DNA from: an uncultured delta proteobacterium
GTDB taxonomy: Bacteria; Myxococcota; Myxococcia; Myxococcales; Myxococcaceae
Direction of reading: 5' to 3'
Assembly (NCBI GenBank): GCA_963713045.1
Contig: CAVQKE010000003.1
Coordinates: 896,001-960,000, forward strand
Length of the DNA stretch: 64,000 nucleotides
Both the position numbers and the translations under genes were made by a program. Every line of letters begins with the position of its first letter. Within the stretch, counting starts at the first letter, position 1. The notes under the pieces were generated by a model. That model worked only from the letters and a program-made list of their open reading frames with translations. It was not told the origin of the DNA and did no database searches. Below, one piece after another: positions 28,945 to 38,005 of the stretch.

Positions 28945-31900
28945 ATGCGTATTTTTCGTCGACTCCTTCTGGTCGTGGTGCTGCTCGGCGCTTGGGCCTT
29001 TGTTGGCCGTGACCGCGCTCCTCTTCCCGTCACCTTCAATGAGGCCGTCGCCGGACCGGCCGCCGGGCCATCTCATCTGGAAGGAGCCCCCGAGGGCCTC
29101 CATCCCGCGGACAAGTCCAGCCACGACCTCTCCGCACTCAAAATCTTTAACAAAGTCGTCCTTTACGTGAAGGACAACTACGTCGACCCAAAGCGCATCC
29201 GTCCCAAGGAGATGCTGGTCCAGGCCCTAGAGGCCGTGGAACGCACAGTCCCGGAGGTCAGGGTCGAGCCGGACAAGGACCAAGACCACGTCACGCTGGA
29301 CGTCAACGGCAAAGTCAAAGAGTACGACATCAGCCACGTCGACTCGCTGTGGAAGATGTCTTTCACCATGAAGGACATCTTCGAATTCATCTCGGCCAAC
29401 ATGCGCCCGATCGAGGACAGCCGTCAGGTGGAGTACGCAGCCATCAACGGGATGCTTTCCACACTGGACCCGCATTCCATTTTGCTCCTCCCCGACCAGT
29501 ACCGGGAGATGCGCCTCACCACCAAAGGAGAGTTCGGCGGCCTCGGCTTCGTCATTCAGATGCGGGAGAGCAACCTCACGGTGGTGAAGGTGCTGCCGGG
29601 GACACCTGCCAACCGGGCCGGCATCAAGAAGGACGATGTCATCCGGAAAATCGGTGAGGAGTCCACCGTGAACATGGACCTCAACGAGGCGGTCAACAAA
29701 CTGCGCGGTCCGGTTGGCAGCAAGGTGACCATCACGGTCGAGCGAAAAGGGCTCGACAAACCGATGGTGCTGAGCCTCGCCCGGGACATGATTTCCATCG
29801 AGTCGGTGCAGTCCAAGCTCCTCGCTGGCAACGTGGGCTACGTCCGATTGAAGAATTTCCAAGGCAACACCACCCGCGACCTGCAAGCCGCGCTGGCCAA
29901 GTTGGCGGCCGAAACCAAGGCGACCGGCGGGTTGAAGGGTTTGGTGCTCGACCTGCGGGGAGACCCCGGAGGCCTCCTCGAACAGGCGATTCAGGTGACG
30001 GACCTCTTTGTCAGCCAGGGCACCATTGTCACCACCGTGGCGCAGATGGAGCGCGTCCGAGAGGAAAAGCGCGCACACGCCGATGAGGGGGACATCACCG
30101 TCCCGCTGGCAGTGCTGGTCAACCCGGGCAGCGCCTCGGCCTCGGAAATTGTCGCCGGCGCGCTCAAGAACCTCAACCGAGCGACCATCATCGGCCAGCA
30201 AACCTTCGGCAAAGGCTCGGTCCAGGTGCTGTACGAATTCCCGTCGCCTTCCGGCAACACCAACGAGGAGAGCGCCCTCAAGCTGACCATCGCCAAGTAC
30301 CTGACCCCCGGCGACGTCTCCATCCAAGAGGTGGGGATTGAACCTGACATCGAGCTCATCCCCACGCGAGTGACGGCCGACCGGGTGACGGTCTTTGCCC
30401 CTCGGAAGACCATCGGGGAAGCCGACCTCGAACACCATTTCGGAAACCCCTCCAGCCAAGCCGCGGCCACCAAACGCGAAGAAGTCCTCGGACGGGAGAA
30501 GCCGGTCGCCACCGTGCGCTACCTGAAGGAGGACACCCGGCAGAAGGACGCCGCCGCCCGCCAGCAGAAGCTGGAGGAGGGCAAGGACCCCAAGCTCTCC
30601 AAGACCGACAAAGGCCTCGGAAAGAAGAAGCCGGGCGAGGCCGAGGTGCCAGACAGTGACCCCGGTCACATCGACGAGGACCTCTACGACCAACTCGATG
30701 CCGACACCCAGGACGAGGTGAAGGAGGACTTCGAGGTCCAGTTCGCTCGGGACTTTGTGCTGAAGGCGCCCGCCTCCCAGCGCGACCGAATGCTGGCACT
30801 GGGAGCGCCGTTCATCCAGGAACGGATGGAGAAGGAGCAGGAGCGCATCAACGATGCCATCACCGCTCTGGGCGTGGATTGGACTCCGGGACCGACACCC
30901 AAGGCTCCGCAACTGCAGGCCACGTTGAAGCCGGGCTCCGAGCGCCGAATCCAAGCGGGCGAGAAATTCGACCTCGAGCTGACCGTCGAGAACCGAGGCA
31001 GCGAGCCCATCAAGCGGCTTCGCGCATGGACCGAAAGTGAGAACCCGCTGCTCGACCGTCGCGAGTTCCTCTTCGGCGCGCTGAAGCCGGGAGAGAAGCG
31101 GAGCTGGAAGGTCTCGGTTCAGATTCCCAAGGACATGAGCAGCCGTCGCGACGATGTGACGGTGAAATTCCTCGACGATTCGGGGCCGCTTCCGGAAACC
31201 CTGGTTGCCGAGCTGAACTTTGCGGAGCTGGCGCGCCCAGCCTTCGCTATCGGCTGGCAAGTCATCGACGACTGCCCGGTATGCAACGGGGATGGCGTCG
31301 TGCAGCGAGGCGAAGCAGTTCAAATTTTGGTGGACGTCACCAACATCGGGCCCGGCAAGGCGCTCGACGCCTTTGCTCAAATCAAGAACGGCGCGGACCA
31401 AAACGTCTTCATCGACAAAGGGCGGTTCCGACTGGGGGACCTGGCCACCGGAGAGACCAAGACGGCGCGCTTCGAACTCGAAGTGAAGAAGGGCTATGTG
31501 GGGGACACCTTCCCCCTCAAATTTGCCGTCGGGGATGTGCAGCTCGAGGAATTTGCCACCGAGAAACTTCAGATTCCGATTGCCGACCACCCGCTCAATG
31601 TGGACGCCCGAAAAGGGCTGGTGCGGTTGGAGGGTGGGACGGCCGTCCTCGGTCGCCCGGACCCTCAGTCGGGAACGCTTTTCAAAGTGGCCAAGGGAGG
31701 CGCAGTGGTGCCGGAGCTGGCCCGCGTCAACGGGCTGGTCAAGGTCGAGCTGGAGAAGGGTCGGTTCGCGTTCGTCCGCAGCCAGGACGCCCATCAGGTG
31801 AAGTCAGGCAAGCTGGCCACGGCCAAGGACTTTCAGTCCCTCCCCTTCCGCGACCCGCCCCAAATCTCCTTCAACGTCGACCCGGAGAAGGGCGGCGTGG

Positions 31901-32256
31901 TGGCCACCGGTGAGCGGTTTACACTCAGTGGCAGCGTCTCCGACCCGCTCGGACTGCTGGACATGTACGTGCTGGTGAACGACCACAAGGTGTACTTCAG
32001 CACCGTCGATGCCACCACGGCTGACCCAACCCACCTCACCTTCACCACGGATTTTCCCCTCAAAGAGGGGGAGAATTATGTGTTGGTGGTGGCCCGACAG
32101 ACGCAGGACTACGCCAGCCGGAGGGCCCTCGTCATCCGCCGACGGCCCGCGGCAGTCGCCCAAGCGCTGACCCGGTCCTCGCAGGAGGCTGCGGCGGGGT
32201 GGGGACGAACGGTGGACGTTCCCGCGACGGCACCGGCGGGCGCGGGCAAGCCCTAA
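28945..32256 (+). CDS. Large S41 carboxy-terminal protease (PDZ + S41 + C-terminal beta domains)
   Basis: LDPHS, GEFGGLG PDZ loop, LDLRGDPGG, GSASASEIV (catalytic Ser), TFGKGSVQ (catalytic Lys). Confidence 0.92.
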   Translation: MRIFRRLLLVVVLLGAWAFVGRDRAPLPVTFNEAVAGPAAGPSHLEGAPEGLHPADKSSHDLSALKIFNKVVLYVKDNYVDPKRIRPKEMLVQALEAVERTVPEVRVEPDKDQDHVTLDVNGKVKEYDISHVDSLWKMSFTMKDIFEFISANMRPIEDSRQVEYAAINGMLSTLDPHSILLLPDQYREMRLTTKGEFGGLGFVIQMRESNLTVVKVLPGTPANRAGIKKDDVIRKIGEESTVNMDLNEAVNKLRGPVGSKVTITVERKGLDKPMVLSLARDMISIESVQSKLLAGNVGYVRLKNFQGNTTRDLQAALAKLAAETKATGGLKGLVLDLRGDPGGLLEQAIQVTDLFVSQGTIVTTVAQMERVREEKRAHADEGDITVPLAVLVNPGSASASEIVAGALKNLNRATIIGQQTFGKGSVQVLYEFPSPSGNTNEESALKLTIAKYLTPGDVSIQEVGIEPDIELIPTRVTADRVTVFAPRKTIGEADLEHHFGNPSSQAAATKREEVLGREKPVATVRYLKEDTRQKDAAARQQKLEEGKDPKLSKTDKGLGKKKPGEAEVPDSDPGHIDEDLYDQLDADTQDEVKEDFEVQFARDFVLKAPASQRDRMLALGAPFIQERMEKEQERINDAITALGVDWTPGPTPKAPQLQATLKPGSERRIQAGEKFDLELTVENRGSEPIKRLRAWTESENPLLDRREFLFGALKPGEKRSWKVSVQIPKDMSSRRDDVTVKFLDDSGPLPETLVAELNFAELARPAFAIGWQVIDDCPVCNGDGVVQRGEAVQILVDVTNIGPGKALDAFAQIKNGADQNVFIDKGRFRLGDLATGETKTARFELEVKKGYVGDTFPLKFAVGDVQLEEFATEKLQIPIADHPLNVDARKGLVRLEGGTAVLGRPDPQSGTLFKVAKGGAVVPELARVNGLVKVELEKGRFAFVRSQDAHQVKSGKLATAKDFQSLPFRDPPQISFNVDPEKGGVVATGERFTLSGSVSDPLGLLDMYVLVNDHKVYFSTVDATTADPTHLTFTTDFPLKEGENYVLVVARQTQDYASRRALVIRRRPAAVAQALTRSSQEAAAGWGRTVDVPATAPAGAGKP

Positions 32257-32969
32257 GTCGTCCTCCCGAGTGCTGCCTGCAGCACTCCTGGGCGGTTGGT
32301 AATGAGGGTGTCCACACCCCAGCCGGCCAGCGTCCGCGCACGCGCCGGTTGGTCCACCGTCCAGACGCTGACCTCGCGTCCCCGGGTATGCCACAAGCGG
32401 ACCTCTTCCTCAGTCAGCTGCTTGTCCGAAGGATGAACGGCGTCCCGGCCGGCCCACAGAGCGAGTGGCCCGGCGTCGAGCCATGCGGGACGGCCGGGCT
32501 CGAGCAGGTAACCACGGCGCAGCGTGGGGGCAACGGCCCCCAGGGCAAGGAGGCAGAGGGGGTGAAAGCTGGACACCACCACATGTGACTGGTGACCGCC
32601 CTCCACCAGAAGACGGGCCGTCCGTGTGGCCAGTCGGAGCCACCCGCGGTCGGCCTTCAGCTCGACGTTCACCCACGCCGTCCGGGGCAGCGTTTTCAGC
32701 ACGTCCTGGAGAAGCGGGATGGGGGCCCTGCCCTGGGGGGTCGTCACTTCCAGCGTCCGCAGGGTGGACCAGGGCGTTTGCACCACCAGGCCAGTGCGAC
32801 CTGTCAAACGTTCCAGCGAATCGTCGTGAAACACCACCACTTCGCCGCTTCCGCACAGACGCGCGTCGAGTTCCACGCCGTCTGCACCTTGCGCGAGGGC
32901 AAGCTGGAAGGCCTGGAGGGTGTTCTCCGGTGCATCGGCGCTGGCGCCGCGGTGGCCGAGAATCCGCAC
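32253..32969 (-). CDS. Glycerophosphodiester phosphodiesterase
   Basis: GHRG, PENTL, ELD, VFHD, NVELK, WTVD, LITN. Confidence 0.93.
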   Translation of the reverse strand: MRILGHRGASADAPENTLQAFQLALAQGADGVELDARLCGSGEVVVFHDDSLERLTGRTGLVVQTPWSTLRTLEVTTPQGRAPIPLLQDVLKTLPRTAWVNVELKADRGWLRLATRTARLLVEGGHQSHVVVSSFHPLCLLALGAVAPTLRRGYLLEPGRPAWLDAGPLALWAGRDAVHPSDKQLTEEEVRLWHTRGREVSVWTVDQPARARTLAGWGVDTLITNRPGVLQAALGRTT

Positions 32970-33067
32970 GGGTTGGAAGGGCTAGGGCTGGGGCCCTTGC
33001 CCCGTCAAGCCCGAACCGACATGGGCTTGCGCCCCGGGGGCGGCCGATGAGAGGGTGAGTGTTGCAT

Positions 33068-33307
33068 ATGCCGCGCGTGGGCTTAGGCGAGTTGCTGGTC
33101 ATCGGCTTTGTGCTGCTGGTGGTGCTGTCCGCCTCGCGGATGGCGGCTCTTGGCAACGCGGTCGGAAAGTTTGTGTACTCCTTTCGGAAGGCTGCCCGGG
33201 GGGAGGGCTTCATCGATGCCACCGCGCGCAAGCTGCCGCCCGCTCAGCCGACCGACGCGGAGACCAGTGAAGCGGAGCCACGGCACCCGCCGAGCCGCCG
33301 CCGCTAA
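33068..33307 (+). CDS. TatA/E-family twin-arginine translocase subunit (atypical)
   Basis: GLGELLVI TM followed by amphipathic LGNAVGKFVYSFRKA; the FG hinge is absent. Confidence 0.65.
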   Translation: MPRVGLGELLVIGFVLLVVLSASRMAALGNAVGKFVYSFRKAARGEGFIDATARKLPPAQPTDAETSEAEPRHPPSRRR

Positions 33308-33382
33308 GCACCTGGGCCAGGCCCAAGAGGTCAAGCCGCCGCAGCTGACGTCTGGGAGCGTCGCAGATGCCGGCCCGGAGCC

Positions 33383-34183
33383 TCAGCCTTCGTCGAGCAC
33401 CAGGACGGTTGCCTTCGGGGGCTCGGCTTCCTGTCGCTCCGCGGCGAGCAGTGTCCGGGCCTCGGCCCGCACGCTGGGGTGCAGCCCGTGGTCCGCTGCC
33501 ACTTCCACCCAGTCGGTGCGCAACAGCAGCGGCACCACCTTCACGCCGACTTCTGGCGGAAGGTAGGGGTTAAAAACCAACGCTCGCCGCACCGAGCGCA
33601 AGGCGCCCCATTTCGAACGCCACACCTCGGCCAACGGCTCGCCGCGCGCAGGACGTCTTGCCGCAAGCCGGACGACCGAGGGTTCTGTGAGTCGCGGATT
33701 CAGCAGGAGGTTTCGCACCACCGAAGCATTGGAGGCCAGGGCCAAACGCTCCAAGGCATCGGGATCGCGAGCAGTCCGGGCCTTTGTCTTGAGCATCCCC
33801 AGCGTTTCGGGGACGTTGCGCGCGTCGGCCCGCGCTGCGGCGGTCTCCTCCAGCGTTCGCCAGGCAGGCCCGGATGCCAGGAGCCCCGCCACCTCCTCGC
33901 GCAGGACGTCGGGCGGAAGTTGGGCCAGGGCCTCGGCCAGCGGACGGCCCAGTCGGACGTCCGCCAGGACCGCCATCGCTGCGCCAAGCACGCAGCGCGC
34001 CGCTTCGTCGCCGGCCCGGTCCAACGCCAGCAGTTGCCCCAAGAGCCGGGCCATCTCCTCGGCGGGAAGCCTCCCCAGTGCGCGCGCCACGGCGCGCTTC
34101 CGCAGCTCCACGCCTCCGGACACCCCGTGCATTCTCTGGACAAAACGTCGGCCGTCGAGGCCTTCGGCACGAGAGCTTTCCAT
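33383..34183 (-). CDS. Hypothetical helical-repeat protein
   Basis: GC3-biased ORF 4 bp downstream of the zinc-ribbon gene; repeats VVRNLLLNPRL / VRRALVFNPYL. Confidence 0.7.
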   Translation of the reverse strand: MESSRAEGLDGRRFVQRMHGVSGGVELRKRAVARALGRLPAEEMARLLGQLLALDRAGDEAARCVLGAAMAVLADVRLGRPLAEALAQLPPDVLREEVAGLLASGPAWRTLEETAAARADARNVPETLGMLKTKARTARDPDALERLALASNASVVRNLLLNPRLTEPSVVRLAARRPARGEPLAEVWRSKWGALRSVRRALVFNPYLPPEVGVKVVPLLLRTDWVEVAADHGLHPSVRAEARTLLAAERQEAEPPKATVLVLDEG

Positions 34184-34187
34184 CGGC

Positions 34188-36008
34188 CTACTTCCCGTCG
34201 GTCGCGGCAGCGGTGACTTTCAGCCGCAGCCCGGCCACCTCCATCGGCGGCTCGTCAAAGAGCAACACGAAATCTGCGCCCTTCCCCGGGGACACCGCCG
34301 GTGCGCCTTCCTGCAGGCGCGCACGGAGGGCTTCGACGTCCCGTCGGGTGCTTGCCTCCACCATCTCCTCGGGTGAGGGCAGCACCCCGGCCAGCCCCTC
34401 GCTGGTGCCGAGTAGCTGACTGCCGTTCCAAATCTCCGCGCGCACCTTCACTTGCCCCGGGGCTCGCCCACGGTTTTCCACTCGGCCGCGCACGTAGGCC
34501 AGCGGTCGACCGCCCCGCGTCTCGTACAACCCGTTGCTAACGTCGAGGGTGACAATGCCGGTCGGCGGAACGAAGAGGGCCGCCCAACGGCTTGGGGACA
34601 ACGCTGCCCAGTCGAGACGGCCCTCGTTGACGTAGACGTTGCCCACTGCCGCTAGCACCACCACCAGGACGGCTGCGACGGTGATGTTGATGACTGCCCC
34701 GCTCACCCGTCGGGCAGCACCAAACTCGCGACGCTCCTCGAGACCCAAGACAGACGTCCCAGTGGGGGGTCGGCTAATACGGCCCATCGGGGTTGGGGGC
34801 ACCGGCGGAAGGCCCGCCGCTGGGTGCTGAATGGGCTCGGGCGCAGCGTCCGGGACGTCCGCCAACAGTGACGTCGGCGCCGCCCCTTCCTGAGGCAGTG
34901 GAGAGCCCGGCATGTCGAACAGCGCCGCCCGGTCTGCGGCCGGGTCCGCTCCGACAGGAAAGGAGTCCTCGTCCAATCGCGTGGCGCTTCGGCCGAAGAG
35001 CTCGCCGGTGGGCGTCCGGCCGTCCGGTGTTGAGGCCGCCGGAGGCGACGGGGCAAAGTCGAGCTCTGCGAGGCTCGGCGAGGACGAGGAGGCGGAAGCT
35101 GCTCGCGCTTCGGGCGGCGCAGGGGGACTGAAGTCGCCGAAGGAGTCCGCGGCTGCCTCAGCCAGCTCGGTGCTCCCGGAGAAAGCGGGCGGGGGCGGCC
35201 CCAACAACTCGTCAAAGTCGAGACTGCCTGGGGGGGATGGGGGCGGTGACGCCGCGGCCACCGGTGGCGCGGCCGGTGGCAGCGTCCCCCGAGCGGGCGC
35301 GACCGACTGGAAAGGGCCGTCCAGGGTGTTGAGGTCACCAAAGTCAAACTCGGCGGAGTCGGGGGACGGAGGCAGTTCGAGACCCCCTTCGGTGGACCCC
35401 TGCCACGCTGAATGGGGTGAACCCCTCTCCAATTCGAGTCGGTCGTCTGGGGAAGCCTCCAGCGCCAGGGCCTCGGCCCCGCTTGGTTCGGGCGGAGGGA
35501 CCACCGTCAGTTGGCGCACCATTGCGATGCGCGCGAGCGCGATGCGGGGGGTGGCGTCGTTCGCCTCCTCTTCGGCCGGCTCAGTTGCTTCGCTGGCCGT
35601 CGGCGCGGGCCGCAACGGCACCTCTTCGGGTTGCGGTGGCCTCGGCGGCGGAGGCGCAAAGTCCCACGCTTCGACGTCAGGGCCGCGCGCTGCTCGCTTC
35701 GCCTCCGGCGCCTCGACGTCCACATCGAAGTCGTCGGCCGGCGGCGCGGCCGCCGGTTCCACCTCCACCCCCGAGTCGACTCCCACCACGGCGATTCCTC
35801 GCGGCGGCGTCTTGTCCTGCTCCGAGAGAGCGTCCGGGGGTGCAAACTGGGCGAAGGGGTCCTGTGCCGATTCAGGCGCCGGCTCGGCCGGGCGGCTCAC
35901 ACGGAAGGTGTGACGGCAGCGTGTGCAGCGGACCTTGACGCCCTTCGCGGTCACCTTTTCATCGGGGATCCGAAAGCGCGTCTGGCACTGGGGGCAGGTG
36001 ACGATCAT
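34188..36008 (-). CDS. MJ0042-type zinc-ribbon membrane protein with DUF3426-like C-terminus
   Basis: MIVTCPQCQTRFRIPDEKV...KVRCTRCRHTF, a long acidic/Pro linker, one TM, then YVRGRVEN...FVLLF beta domain. Confidence 0.82.
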   Translation of the reverse strand: MIVTCPQCQTRFRIPDEKVTAKGVKVRCTRCRHTFRVSRPAEPAPESAQDPFAQFAPPDALSEQDKTPPRGIAVVGVDSGVEVEPAAAPPADDFDVDVEAPEAKRAARGPDVEAWDFAPPPPRPPQPEEVPLRPAPTASEATEPAEEEANDATPRIALARIAMVRQLTVVPPPEPSGAEALALEASPDDRLELERGSPHSAWQGSTEGGLELPPSPDSAEFDFGDLNTLDGPFQSVAPARGTLPPAAPPVAAASPPPSPPGSLDFDELLGPPPPAFSGSTELAEAAADSFGDFSPPAPPEARAASASSSSPSLAELDFAPSPPAASTPDGRTPTGELFGRSATRLDEDSFPVGADPAADRAALFDMPGSPLPQEGAAPTSLLADVPDAAPEPIQHPAAGLPPVPPTPMGRISRPPTGTSVLGLEERREFGAARRVSGAVINITVAAVLVVVLAAVGNVYVNEGRLDWAALSPSRWAALFVPPTGIVTLDVSNGLYETRGGRPLAYVRGRVENRGRAPGQVKVRAEIWNGSQLLGTSEGLAGVLPSPEEMVEASTRRDVEALRARLQEGAPAVSPGKGADFVLLFDEPPMEVAGLRLKVTAAATDGK

Positions 36009-36234
36009 CCAGGGCGCGGGAGACGGGGGTACCGGAGCATACCCCGGGGTCCCCCTCCCGGCGCGGTGCGCCACAGCCCTACCCTAGGGCTTGCCGGCAG
36101 CCCGAGACGACTGCTATCCATTGGAAAACCCAAGCTTCCTGGCAGTCCACGCTGCGGCGCGGCACTGTTTTAGAGGCGCTTTTCCGGACCGGAGCGCTGG
36201 TCGCCCCGTCACCCCCGGCGTACCCTGGCAGACG

Positions 36235-36822
36235 ATGAATGACGCCGAGCCGCTCGCTTCTCCCCCGCCGTCCCGCGAGCCCAAAATCATCAAGCGGTAC
36301 ACCAACCGCAAACTCTACGACACCGTCGAGAGTCGCTATGTCACCCTCGACGAGATTGCAGAGATGATTAAGCAGGGGGCGGAGGTGAAGATTGTCGACA
36401 ACCGCAGCAAGGACGACCTGACCTCCATTACCCTGGCGCAGATTATTTTCGAGGAGGAGAAGAAGCAGCACCAGATGCCGCTCTCGGTTCTGCGCGAGAT
36501 TATCCGCCGTCCGGGTGAAGTGGTGACTGGCTTCATCGAGCGCGAGGTGACTCCACGTGTGGCATCCATCCGAGAGGAGGCGGAGACGCGCATTGACCGA
36601 CTTCTCGGCCGCGAGGGTGGCTCGGACAGCACCTTGAAGGATGACCTTTTACGGATGAGTCAGCGCGCGCTGGAGGACTGGCAGCGCAAGGTCGACGAGC
36701 GGGTGAAAGCGGCAGTGGACGGAGTGCTCGGGACGCTGCCGGCGTTGGGGCACGACCTCCAGGCGCTGACCCGCCGCCTCGAGGAGATGGAGAAGCGGCT
36801 CGACGACCTGGAGAAGCGTTAG
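36235..36822 (+). CDS. PhaR-like PHA-accumulation regulator DNA-binding domain protein
   Basis: IIKRYTNRKLYDTVESRYVTL...DLTSITLAQII is the PhaR N-terminal signature; C-terminal coiled coil. Confidence 0.88.
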   Translation: MNDAEPLASPPPSREPKIIKRYTNRKLYDTVESRYVTLDEIAEMIKQGAEVKIVDNRSKDDLTSITLAQIIFEEEKKQHQMPLSVLREIIRRPGEVVTGFIEREVTPRVASIREEAETRIDRLLGREGGSDSTLKDDLLRMSQRALEDWQRKVDERVKAAVDGVLGTLPALGHDLQALTRRLEEMEKRLDDLEKR

Positions 36823-37583
36823 TCCGGACGGGTCCAAATCGCTTCAACCACCGTCCGCATCGACTGCGCTCCCTGGCCCTTCGGGGCATATTCCCAAATG
36901 GTTTGCCCGTGGCTCTGGGCCTCATCGATTTTGACGTACACCCCTAATCCGGGCGTTACCCTCTGGGGGAAGTGGGCTTCCAGCCGCTCGAGGATTGCCG
37001 CTGCCAGCGACGTGCGTCGCACGAGCATCGGTACGACTGCGCTGATGTGCAGCCCCGGCACGCCTTCCTGCTGCGCCACCCGCTCCACCGTTTGAGCGAC
37101 TTCGGCGCAACCGTCCAGCGCAAGGTAGGTCAGGGCAACTGGCAGCACCACCTCGGTGGCAGCAACCAGGGCGTTGGAAACGGCCGGTCCGAGAGACGGC
37201 GGAGCATCGATGACCACCAGGTCGAAGCGGTCCGACACCTCCGCCAGTCGCTCGGCCAGGCGATGCAGCGGGCGCTCTTGGCCGGCGAGTGCTGCCGACA
37301 GCCCTGCCAGTTGCTTGTAGGCCGGCACCACCGACAGCCGGGGGACAGCAGAGGGGCGGGCCACGTCGGCCAACGCCACGCCCGGGTCGGTGAGCCAGTG
37401 GAAGGTGTTGGGAGTCAGCGTCCGGACGTCGAGGCCAAGCGATTTACCGGCGTGTCCTTGCGTGTCCAGGTCGACCAACAGAACGCGCTGACCGCGGTGC
37501 TCGGCTGCCCATGCTGCCAGGTGGACTGCAAGCGTCGTCTTGCCAGTCCCGCCTTTCTCGTTGACAAAGGCGATGCGCCGCAT
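36819..37583 (-). CDS. Orphan ParA/Soj-family ATPase
   Basis: NEKGGTGKTT deviant Walker A, VDLDTQG, IDAPPSLG, EAQSHGQTI; no parB nearby. Confidence 0.9.
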   Translation of the reverse strand: MRRIAFVNEKGGTGKTTLAVHLAAWAAEHRGQRVLLVDLDTQGHAGKSLGLDVRTLTPNTFHWLTDPGVALADVARPSAVPRLSVVPAYKQLAGLSAALAGQERPLHRLAERLAEVSDRFDLVVIDAPPSLGPAVSNALVAATEVVLPVALTYLALDGCAEVAQTVERVAQQEGVPGLHISAVVPMLVRRTSLAAAILERLEAHFPQRVTPGLGVYVKIDEAQSHGQTIWEYAPKGQGAQSMRTVVEAIWTRPD

Positions 37584-37885
37584 CAAGGCGCCGGCCGTTC
37601 AGCGAGGAGGGCGTCCAACTTGCGTTCCACCGAGCTGAGTAAACGCTCCAGGTCATCCACCTTGGCGCGCAGGGATTCCACGTCGGCGCTGGACGGCAGA
37701 TTCATCGCGGCCAGCGCACTGCGGAGGCTCTTGTCCAGCGAGCCTTTGGCGGCAAGCGATTTCGACACCAGCGACTGGACCGCGGCGACAAACGTCTCAT
37801 TGGAGAGCAGCGTGGAGGCCAGTTTCCCAACCCGCGCTTCTCCCGTCTCCACCAGCTTCTTCACCATCGGATTGTCTCTGAACAT
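37583..37885 (-). CDS. Small phasin/PhaE-C-terminal-like coiled-coil protein
   Basis: ALAAMNLPSSADVESLRAKVDDLE resembles the L-x-(V/L)-P-S-x-x-(D/E)-V-x-x-L motif of PhaF/PhaI phasins; its stop overlaps the parA ATG. Confidence 0.6.
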   Translation of the reverse strand: MFRDNPMVKKLVETGEARVGKLASTLLSNETFVAAVQSLVSKSLAAKGSLDKSLRSALAAMNLPSSADVESLRAKVDDLERLLSSVERKLDALLAERPAP

Positions 37886-38005
37886 GGTGGTTGTCCCGGA
37901 GCGGCGGAAGGCCGCCCTCTTCGCAGCGGCCCTGGCAGGCTGTCAAGGCACGCTCGATTGACACTGGACGAGCGGCTTCCCTACGGTGCCGCGCTCCCAC
38001 GCCCG

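Noticed and set aside
29227..31794. 855-aa antisense ORF opposite the S41 protease
   Set aside because: Shadow ORF caused by the codon bias of the real gene; no recognisable motifs. The same applies to long antisense ORFs over pilB, pilC, pilT, prkA and glgP.
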